Shown here in pieces: positions 53,584 to 64,000 of a stretch of 64,000 bases of DNA. A program made the translations under genes and the position numbers. This DNA comes from Camelus ferus (taxonomy: Eukaryota): contig NC_045696.1 of the NCBI RefSeq assembly GCF_009834535.1, positions 110,548,001 through 110,612,000 of the forward strand, read 5' to 3'. The notes beneath the pieces were generated by a model. It saw only the letters and a list, made by a program, of their open reading frames with translations. It had not been told where the DNA came from and did not search any database. Position 1 is the stretch's first letter. Each line of letters begins with the position of its first letter.

Positions 53584-54857
53584 GCGTGGCCGTGGGGGAA
53601 GCACTTGTTCATGGACCTGGGTTGTCCTTGCCTCAGGAGGATGTCAGTTATCATCCAGCTGACAACTCCCTTAACCCCCAAACCCCACCCATTTCTACTA
53701 GAAAGAGCCGGGTTTTTGTCGGTACTTGAGAAAATAAACTGATACTTACATGGAGAGCAAAGGAAAATAGTTTCAGAATTTCGCTTTTAAGATCCCATTT
53801 CCAGTGTAGAAGCTGGGCCGTGCACAAGGTGAGTCTGAAGCTCCTGCACTGAAGAACGTAGAGGCAGGACACAAAATAGGATCCCAGGTGGGGTTTCTCC
53901 TCCTTTGGGAGCTCCAGGCCCAGCCCCAGACCTCAGTGGGTCAGATTCTGAGAAGTTGCCATTGTTGAAAATACTTAGAAGTCAGAGGAGACTGCTCTGA
54001 GCAGGAATTTGTAATTTTGTAAACAGCACACAGGGCACAGTTTCAGACACAGCCCAGGGCTTTATTAAAGCCAGCTGGTCATGGTTGCTGTTGGCTGTTA
54101 CCGTCCATTTTGTGCCATGTGACTTTGGGCTTGTTTTTTTTTTTAATCGTGAAGGACTGATTTATACAAGCACAGTTAAATTCATTCACCAAATACTTAG
54201 TGAGTGCCTCTCATGTTCTAGGTATAATGTTAGATTCCGGGGGATCTAAGATGGACAAGCAGACATGATTCCTGCAATTCATAAAACATACTTCCTGGGG
54301 GAAGATAGTCAAGTAGACAAAATGCTTTCATTAGCAGAGTCCACGGTATCAGGGAGTCATGGAAGTCTCCCAGGCCTGCAGAGCAAGAGGCACCGGGAAG
54401 TGTACTGGGTGGAACAGTGTGTGGGGACGTCTGGGGGAGAAGGCTGATGCAGTTCACTGTTCTTAGAACGGTCCAGAGATAGCAGGAGAGAGGATGCCCA
54501 AGAAAGAAGGGGCTGGAGTGCGAAGGCCTCCCAGTCCACAACAAACCACTGGACGTGGGCCTGAGAGCAAGCAATCCCACCCTGGATTGGATTCAGACCA
54601 TGTTAGAAGTCGGAAACCAGGTAGGATCCTGCTGCGCTCATCCAGGGCAGACATGCTAGAGGGCTTCTCAGCATGGAGCTACACTGGAGGTGCCGTCCAG
54701 AGATATTTAAAATGGAGAAGCAAACAAAACACAATTAAAAATGGGGTGGTGACAGAGGCTGAAGACATGCATGGTGCTTGTGCTCTGGTGTGGCAACTGG
54801 CTAGATTTGACATTTCTGTTTTGTTTAATGGCCTTTATAGTTTTATTTTTCACGTTA

Positions 54858-55245
54858 TAAATAATACATTAGCAGCAACATGGATGGACCTGGAGATCGT
54901 CATTCTAAGTGAAGTGAGCCAGAAAGAGAAAGAAAAATGCCATGTGATATCACTCATATGTGGAATCTAGAAAAAAGGGACACAAATAAACTTATCTACA
55001 AAACAGAAACAGACTCACAGACACAGAGAACAGACGTAAGGTTACCAACGGGTAAAGGGGGTGGGAAGGGATAAACTGGAAGTTTAAAAATTGCACCTCT
55101 TGGAGAGTGATGGAAATGCTAGCTATCTTGATTGTGGTGGTGATTTCATGGGTGTATACACATCTATCAGAATTCATCAAATTGTACATCTGGAATATGT
55201 GTAGTTTACAGAAACCATACCACAATAAAGGTGTTTTTTAAAAAG
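54858..55245 (+). mobile_element. 5'-truncated L1 3' end with variant tail
   Basis: ORF2 C-terminus LAATWMDLEIVILSEVSQKEKEKCHVISLICGI*, 3' UTR, AATAAA at 55224-55229. Confidence 0.9.
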
Positions 55246-57149
55246 TAGCTGTAATATATGTGCAGGTAAGAAAACGAGGGAGGGGCCCACGCTACAGGTC
55301 CTGTCCTGTACAAGGTGGGATCTCCGCAACGACTAGCCAGTTGCTTGATGAATCCATTTCTCCTCGCTCGCCAACACACACACGCGTGCTTAGTGGAAAG
55401 GCCATCTTTAGCACATGCTATACTTGGACCGATATTTTTAGACTGTTTGTTTCTGTTGACCTTTCATTTACAGTGCCCATACTGCAGTGTTTTAATTTCT
55501 GTGGTTTTTAATATAATTTAAAATCTGGTTGAGCAATTCCTTATCCAATTTATTTATTTTTATAGTAGTCTCACAAATGAGCCAAAAAATCATTTGGTTG
55601 GAATTTTGATTGAGGTTGCACTGAGTGTACTGTAGGGATTACTGCTCCTTCTACAATACTGAGTCATCCTGCCCAGGAATAAGACACATCTCTCCAAGAA
55701 TTCCTCAAGTCCCTTGGTAGAGGGCTAGTCCTCATTGAAATCTTACAGCTTTCACGTCAGCGTTGTTTCTAAATTTTTTATGTTCCTTTTGTTGCTGTGG
55801 ATAATATTTTTCTATAGTATTTCCCACAGGATTTGCAGGTACAAAAGCTGCTTTTTAAAAAAAGTTTTGGTTTTACTAATTTTTAATTTCCCCTGTATTT
55901 GTTTTTTAAAATTTAGCTTTTGTTTTTAATCAGTTATATATGTCTGAGTTCAATAGTCAAATCACCATTCAAAGCTAGTTCTAAAGAACAGCAGTGGGCC
56001 CGCCCTCCCACCATTCCAACGTGCTGATTTCCCATCCCCAAGGACAAACATTTAAAAACTTTTAAGCAACTTGATAAGCATGGCCATCTCCTTCTAAACA
56101 GTGCAATTATGCTACAAGTCATCTCCCAGGTTTTTTGGGTTTTTTTCTGAAAAAAATGTAAACCTTCAGAAAAGTTACAGGAAGAGTATAATGAATACCT
56201 GAATATCCTTAACTGAGATCCACCTTCTCTCTCAGTGCTATTTGCTAGCCAGTTGCAAACATCATGTCACTTATCCATATGACCACCCTGGGAACTCTAA
56301 CCTTAATAAAATAGTGCTATTCAAATGTAGTCTGCCATAGTGCTACTCTGATTTCTTTCTAGTTTTAGCCATTATTCAGTTCTCTTTCATCTTCTCCCCC
56401 ACCCCCTCACACACATCCTGTTTTTCCATTCTCCCAGTAGAATCTTGTTGGCATCATAATTACGTAAGTACCAGTTACAACCCTGCCCTACCATGTCATA
56501 CGTACCATGGTTATTTTGCTGTCCAGCTCTTCCAAATTTTGCTTAGGTAGGTAAATCTCCTTCCTCTCCATTTTGTTCAAACACATACGTTGTCTATCCA
56601 TTTCTTCTTGAAGAAATTTTTCCCCGAGCTCTTGACCTGCTGTGGTCTGGTCCAGTCCAGGCTGGTCTGCTCCTGCTCTAAGGCAGCTGCAAGCTGTTGT
56701 CTCATGTAGGATCTCTCCTCACCACCGTTTGGAAGATCCTACCTTCCTTTTTTGGTTACCTTGCTTTGGTGGAGAACATCCTCCAGGAGCTTCTTACAAA
56801 ACATTCATGGGAAATCTTGTGTGTCAGGAAAGTCTTAATTTCTCCCCCTCATTTGTTAGTTTGGCTGGATCTAGAATCCTGGGCTAGGGAACCACTTCCC
56901 CTCAGGCTTTTGAGGGCATCACTCTCTTGTCTTTTAACATCCAGTGTTATTGAGAAATCCAGTGCTATTCCGATTCTTGTTCCTTTCTGAGAAATGTTCT
57001 CCCCTTCTGCGGCCGCACTCTGAAAGCTTAAAGGAACTTCTTGTTTTTATATTGTAAAATTTCACAATGATATGTATGTGTAAGGGTTTATTTTGATCCA
57101 CTGAGCAGGGCACTGGGAAAGTTTTTGACTTTTTAATTCTGTTCTCCAC

Positions 57150-57600
57150 CCATCTTAGTCAGCTCCAGCAGCTATGGTAAAATGCCGTATGCTGTGTGGC
57201 TTGGACAAATATTTCCTTCTCACAGTTCTGGAAGCTGGAAGTCCGAGTTCAAGGCGCCACCAATGTTGAGGGCCCTGTCTCTGGTTTCTTAATGCTGCTT
57301 TCTATGTTCTCACGTGGCAGAAGAGCCTTGAGGGAGCTGTCTGGGGCCCCTTGTAGAAGGGCACTAATCCCATTCATGAGGGCTCTACCCTCATGACCTA
57401 CTCACCTCCAAAGGCCCAATGCCAGCTTCACAGAAGCTGACCCACTGAGGTCTAGGGCTGGGCCTGGAGCTCCCAAACAAGGAGAAATCCTGCCTGTCAC
57501 CCTATTTTGTGCCCTGCTTCTAGGTTCTTCAGCTGAAGTTGCTTCCATGACCTAATTGCTTAATTCCATCCCCTTGAAGGTTAGAATTTCAGCATATGAC
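57150..57600 (-). mobile_element. MaLR (MLT1-type) LTR, interrupted
   Basis: tctcacagttctggaagctggaagtccgag...gggcactaatcccattcatgagggctctaccctcatgacct...atttcagcatatga. Confidence 0.8.
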
Positions 57601-60014
57601 AAAACTGCAGTTCTTAACATCTTCTTTTAAAAATGTATCTCTTTCTAGATCTAGGTTTTTTTGGATAACGGGCCTCCTGGACCAGGCCTCCTGTTTAACT
57701 TTTATCTGGTTTTTCCATCTCTATCTTTTCACTCTACTTCTTAAGGAACTTTCCTCAGCTTTATCTCTCAGTGTCTTCCACTGTTTTTCATTTCTGCTAT
57801 TCTGGTTTTTGCTTTTTATTTTATTTTTTTCTAATTTATAGGACCTTTAATTCTCTGACAAAAAAGTATTTTTTCAAAAAGACACCCTGTTGCTCTCTGG
57901 ATGCACTGTGTATCTCTGAGGGTATCAACAATAGCTTTCTTTTCCAGTGTTTCTTCTTCCTTGTCTGTTTTCTCCGAATTGCCTTTGTTCTTTCCTGTTT
58001 TGGCCTCGTTCGTGCTTGTGCTCTCCTGCCTGGAGGTGTACATTTGTCAGCATTCAATCTAAGGTCTGACTTCAAAGGGTTTCCACCACACTAAGCTTCT
58101 CTAGCAAAGTCCTGGTCCCATGAAGATTGCGTTATCATCCAGCTCTGTAGCAAATGGTAGTTTTCTGCTCCAAACTCAAGAGGTGCATCAATACCCTGAA
58201 CTCATCTTGATTCTGTCAGGGCTAAAGAGAGACTCTGGCCAACTCTTGCACTTAAATCCAGGGAATAAGCTCCGTTTCCTGCCCTGGAAAGCTGGGATGC
58301 CAGAGAGATGTATGCAAAGGGCTGTCTGGAGTCCTGTGAAATATTAGAGTAGGAGGGTGGGGTTGGAGCTTAAGTTCTAGTTGAAGCAACTGTACTGAAT
58401 TTACGCACAGCCAAATATTTGTAGAATTACTTCCATATGACCTTTCTTTTTGAAGATAAATGACTCATTCCCTCACTGACTCAAGCCACACATCTTCATC
58501 AACTTTTCCCTGAAATAAAGAGACTGAGGACACGGATCCCTCTTCTCCTGCTCACGGACATTGCCACACTTTGCAGGGGCCAGGGAATGAGGCAGACTTT
58601 CCTCAAAGACATCAGATTTTGTGTATTCACCATTGGAGAGTAACTAAACTCCTTACACACAGTAACCACATAACCTTGTTTTAGAAACCATACACCTTTT
58701 CAATGTTAAAAAAACAAGCATAAACATTAGGTCCTATTTGTATGTATAACTGAGACTTTCCATTAACAATTATCTTACAAAGTCATTTCCCAAAACTGGG
58801 GCTTTGTAACAATGATGGAAATGGATGCATCTTCTTTCGTAAGCTGGGTGGAAAAACAAACTTTTTAAACTGGCCACTGTACTTCCTGTATTCATGGGGT
58901 CTGGGACCCACAGTAACCCAGCCCCAGTTTTTACTCCCTGAATTTGGAAGTTATGGGTGGTCGATAATCCAGATGTGAAGTTCTTTGCTCTAAATGTTAG
59001 ATAACATATTAAACGACATATGTGGCAAACACTAGCAATAGGAAAGCACTGATGAGCAGGATAGATTCCTGGATGTTTCAACTCAGTGGAGGATAGAAAG
59101 AGCCTGTTTCATGATAAGCCCAGTTATTTGTGAGAAACAATATCGTAATTCTTAGAAATCACCTGGCACTGGGGTTAGTGTAGGACTGAGTTCCCTAATA
59201 TATTTAAAGTATGTGCCTTTGTACATTTGTGCATAGAGGGCTTTATATTACCTTTTATGAGATTCTTAATAGCAAATTACCTGACCAGACCACTGTGGCC
59301 ATTTTAGAGAAGAAATTGATGCCCAAGGTCAGTGTTTTCTCCCAACACCACCTCCTCGTCTAGGGGGCTGGCACTAGATTAGGTATTTCTATCTGTTATC
59401 TCCAATCTACAGAACACCACGTGGAGGTGTTAATAATCCCCATTTGAAGATGAGAGGTGACAGTGGGGGCCAGAACTGCAGCCTGGATGGCCCCAACTCC
59501 GCAGCCCAGGCTGGTTCCAGGACAACTTGCTGCCTCTCTCTTGCTTTCATGTAAACAGACTGGGTGATACGAGACCACAGTGAGACACAGAATTCAACTT
59601 AAAGGCCTCCCGGTCACTTGGAGTTGATGTGAATGAGGATGGACTACTTAGAATCAGCACCGAGGTCCTTGGGCAACCAGCAGTGATTCTGATATAACTT
59701 GGCCACTCAACATTTAACATACATTGAAAAAACCAACAAAACCAGAAACACACACTTGGTCCCAGGAGCCAGCCAGTTACCTACTTCTAACCCAGTGCCC
59801 ATTCCAAATTTTGGTGCATGCTGTAGACCAGCCTTGGAGGTCTGCCTCCCCAGCTTCAGGACAGGCTGTCAGTTCTTGACAAAGGAGCTTAAGCTGCATT
59901 TATACCAAGTCTGATCAATGCTCAAGTGCTTCTGGTTCTGATCAGCCCTCATCCTGCTAATCTGCGAGCCAGCTCTTCTCTCCCTTCTGCTACTGGTCCT
60001 CCAGCCAGCACCAG

Positions 60015-60400
60015 TGTATCAGTCAGCTCAAGCTGCCATAACAAAATGCCAGAGACTGGGTGGCTTAAACAGACATTTGCTTCTCACAGGCCTGGAGGCT
60101 GGGAAGTCTGACACCAAGGTTCTGGCAAGGTAGGTTTCATTTGAGGCTTTTCTTCTTGGCTTATAGGCAGCTGCCATCTGGCTGTGTGCTCACACGATTT
60201 CTTTTTTGTGCACACAGGGAGAGAAAGAGCAAGCTCTCTGTCATCTCTTCCTACAAGGGCACTGATCCCTTCATCAGGGCTCCACCCTCGTGGCCTTATC
60301 TAATTCTAATCACCTGCCAAGACCCTACTTCCAAATTCACTGGGAGTTAGGGATTCAACATATGAATTTGCAGGGGGCGGGGAACATTCTGTCCGTAACA
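60015..60400 (-). mobile_element. MaLR (MLT1-type) solo LTR
   Basis: tgtatcagtcagct...gctgccataacaaaatgcc...ggaggctgggaagtc...ttcaacatatgaattt...tctgtccgtaaca. Confidence 0.85.
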
Positions 60401-61579
60401 ACAGCTTCTCTGCAGTCTTGCCCTCTTCCCCTCCCTTCATAAAAGCAGAATGAGTGCACCTGATGGTGGAACTACCCCTTCTTCACTGCAACATAAGTTC
60501 TGTCATTTAAAAACACAACTGACTTAACAATTTCGTAGACAGAAAGCACATCCATCCAATTCCTTGTAACCACTATTTCTGACCTCATATCAAGGGGACT
60601 GAACACCCCTGGGTCAAATCTGTAAGGGCTTTTTTGTGTGGCGTACTTGGTTTTAAAAACGTTGATGGTGCTGCCATATTTAAAATTGAATGTCACATGG
60701 AAATCCAGACTTGATCCTATCCTCCTGAGCATGGGAGCACTTAGCACACTGCACGGCTCTTCCCCTAGGGGGGTCCAGTGGAGCCACGCAGAGGCTGCCT
60801 TCTCTCTGCACCTGCCCACCAGACCGTGGTGGGCCAAGGTTTTAGCCTGGTCTCTTCCTACGGGAATGGAAGCTGGAGGCTGGTTGCTGTTGTCTGGGCA
60901 GCTTCCCAAGGAATTGTGTATTTTCTAGCTCTTCCTAATCCACTAACTTCAAACTCTGGATTCTACATTTCAATATGCAGGGAGACTGGTGTGCCTGCGT
61001 TAACGGCCTGTGGTCTGGTTCCTGAGATGGAGCTCTTCACTGAACTCAGTGGTCAGGCATCCTTCTCAATCAATATGGAGGTGAATTTAAGTAATTTTCG
61101 GGGTCTTGCCTCTTGGATCTCATCTACTAGTAAACAAGCAGCAGCTCAAAGGAAAAGATGTTTCAGTGTGTAGGAAACAGATGGCTTTCTGACCAAAGAT
61201 TATGGCATCTCTGAGTTTGCAGCCAAGATAATTACTTTTTAAACAATGACATCACAAAGTGATTACTTTTTAAACAAAAAATTACAAATCACTTTATGTT
61301 GACCTAAGGGTCCTTGGAATTTGTTTTACCCTGATTCCAATATGAAAATAATGAGAAAAACTTGCTGTTGATAAATAACTCCTGACTTTGTGACAGTTTA
61401 CTGTTATTATCACATTATGCCTCACAGTCCCAATGCCCTTTTACAAGCTGTATTTAATCCTCACAGCAGCCCTGGGAAGGATGAGTTAGGGATGATCAAA
61501 CGTATTTTACTGATAAGGGAACAAGCTCAAGCTCTGCATCCTTGCTCACAGCCCGTGTTTATACCATATGGGAAAAACG

Positions 61580-62242
61580 GCACTGCCAGTGGGCATGTAG
61601 TTTGGTGCAGCCATTATGGAAAAACAGTATGGAGATTCCTCAAAAGGCAATCCCACTCCTGGGCATATATCTGGAGAGAACCTTATTTCAAGAAGACACA
61701 TGCACTCCAATGTTCATAGCAGCACTATTCACAATAGCCAAGACATGGAAACAACCTAAATGTCCATTGTCAGATGACTGGATAAAGAAGATGTGGTATA
61801 TTTATACAATGGAATACTATTCAGCCATAAAAAAGAATAAAAGAATGCTATTTGCAGCAACATGGATGGACATGGAGAATGTCATTCTAAATGAAGTAAG
61901 CCAGAAAGAGAAAGAAAAATACCATATCACTTATATATGGAATCTAAAACACACACACACACAAAAGACAAACTTATTTACAAAACAGAAACAGACTCAT
62001 AGACATAGAAAACAAACTTATGAACAAACTTACGGTTACGGGGGAGGGGGAGGGGTGAGAAGGGATAAATTGGGAGTTTGAGATTTGCAGATACTGAGGG
62101 AACTATATTCAGTATCTTGTAGTAACATGGTTAAAAAGAATATGAAAAGGAATATATGTATGTTCCTATATGACTGAAGTATTGTGCTGTACACCAGAAA
62201 TTGACACACTGTAAGCTCACTAAAACATTAAAAAAAAAAAAA
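61580..62242 (+). mobile_element. 5'-truncated L1 3' end with poly(A) and internal deletions
   Basis: ORF2 C-terminus (SLVQPLWK...DTCTPMFIAALFTIAKTWKQPKCP), 3' UTR and A-run at about 62230-62242. Confidence 0.9.
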
Positions 62243-63394
62243 CTTAAGTAGGCAGTTAAATTCTTAGTCAACATGTTGCCAGAAACAGACTGCTTATCTG
62301 CAGTATTTTTTGCAAACTGCTCTTCCCCAAATCCTAATAAGGCTTAGGTATTCAGAGACATTTCATCACATAATGAACAATTTAAGCATCAGGAAAGGGA
62401 TCACACAATTTACTGACTGAAAAGGATTCTTGAGCTGGCCATCTAGTGACAATCCCCCGGCTTACAGATGACATCCAAGAGTGGTCTCTTGCCCATTTCC
62501 AGTGTTTGTCTCCTGCACTGCTCCTTAGATGGGCTGTGTTACTACTGTGGTCACCTCTGTCCACCCTCTCTGCCAACAAGCACACCAAATCCATCACACT
62601 CCACTGCTGTCTATTTTAAGACACAGCTCTCATTCCTGAATCACAATTAGGCCTGGGTGCTGATGCCTCAGCCTGGCGCTCAGGACACTGCCCAACTGGC
62701 TCCTCCCCGGGTCTCAGGCTGGCTTCTCTCTCTGGATCCCTATGTGCCACCCACACCAGACCACCCCACCCCACCCCACCAGGTGTGCTATACTTACTTA
62801 GCTCTTCCTGTTAACCCTGGCTCATGCTGTCTTACTTTTATCCCTCAGGGCCAATTTCCCCACAAATAAGGCACACATAAAGCCCCCATCACAAAAGAGG
62901 ACAAAGGACCAAGCTGAACTGTACCAGGAGTGTGTGATCAGCAACTGCCAACTGTGGGAAACCCAACAAGCCACATGGCCCTGGGGACTACAACAGACAG
63001 GTGGTGGCGAAAAGAAAGGGATGGAGGGGCAGCCAGATTAAAAGAGACTCGAAGACATATTTAAAAAAGAAAAAGAGCAAGACCCAACTCTGGTGCCTAG
63101 AGACGTGCACTTGGCTGATGAACTACGAAAGGCACACGAGGGAGTGCTGGACAAGTGGCCACTTTTGAAGGGACGGAGGGGCCACACGGAGGGGCTTCTG
63201 GAGAGGCTGACAAAGCTTTTGACCTGGGTGGGAGTTTCAAGGGTGATTTGCCTTATAAATGATTCATTAGACTAATTTTTTTGAGTGAGATTTTCTTTAT
63301 CTGTTTTAGCTTATAACAAAAAATGTTTAAAAACATAACTACTCAGTCTTTCTAGTCACATAAACCACATACACTTGAGATTACTTGCTATTTT

Positions 63395-63645
63395 AGGATA
63401 GTGGCTCAGAATACAGACTACGGTATCAAGTAAAAGGACTTTTGCTTTCTCAGTTACTCACTGGTTGTGTGACATTTGCTAAGTTGCGTTGCCTCTCTGA
63501 GCTCCTCGTTCTTCACCCAGAAGACGGGGATTAAATCAGCAAGAAGCCCACAGGTTTGCTCTGAGGATCAGATGAAGTCAATGCACACATGGCACTTCAT
63601 ACAACGCTTGGCATGATGTTCAATAAAGATGAGCTATTACTGTAT
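63395..63645. mobile_element. MIR SINE
   Basis: ctcagttactcactggttgtgtgacatttgctaagttg...cctctctgag...tgaggatcagatga...caataaagatgagctatt. Confidence 0.7.
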
Positions 63646-64000
63646 CCACAGGGCAACGCCTGCAGACTCACTTAAATGGGCCTTGAAATATTGTAAATAT
63701 TCATAATGCTTATGTTCTCTTAGTATTTAAAGGGAATACACTGCTGTGTTGATTTATGCTCTCCTAAAACACCTACTCCCAAATTAGATATTAGAATCTG
63801 TTTCAGTGAACATATTTTTATGACGAAGTATTGCCCTTTAGAAACTAAAACCCCAGTTACACGTGAAAATACTAACATGGGCGTATTACTCCATATTTGA
63901 GAGATGATAAACCTGATGCAAAATTCTAAATTAGCAACTTACGACAGGAATAAGGGTCTATTCCAGCTCTCCTTGCACATTAACTGCGGAAGAAACTTGG

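Noticed and set aside
54494..54970. 158-aa ORF ending in the L1 ORF2 C-terminus
   Set aside because: Chance read-through from repeat-derived sequence into an L1 fragment; no evidence of an exon.
61231..61277. 16-bp direct repeat ATTACTTTTTAAACAA around a 15-bp spacer
   Set aside because: Only two units; a simple local duplication, not a CRISPR-like array or a convincing TSD-flanked element.

Overview
Mammalian genomic DNA, very probably camelid (it carries a Vic-1-type tRNA-derived SINE and cetartiodactyl-type L1s). The + strand holds the last 11 coding exons of ACAD11 (acyl-CoA dehydrogenase family member 11), 268..38621. They splice in frame to 381 aa ending ...LRAKV*; exon numbers 10-20 are inferred from the human 20-exon structure. 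The atypical chemokine receptor gene ACKR4 (CCRL1; CDS 7007..8059) is nested antisense in the 18.6-kb ACAD11 intron 5890..24468. The rest is mostly interspersed repeats: a decayed near-full-length L1 at about 42.3-48.6 kb, several L1 fragments, L2, MIR, hAT/Charlie, MaLR and a probable ERV solo LTR. Repeat names come from recognition by eye and are approximate. I found no clearly new multi-gene system. The most unusual signals are: (1) a partial duplicate of ACAD11 exon 18, acceptor intact, in the last intron, which could supply an alternative 63-aa hydrophobic C-terminus; (2) an orphan CpG-rich promoter with a duplicated GC-box/CRE module and candidate downstream exons at 50.6-53.8 kb; (3) a doubly truncated L1 RT fragment without TSD that resembles a break-repair insertion; (4) two L1 copies sharing a swapped 3' end.
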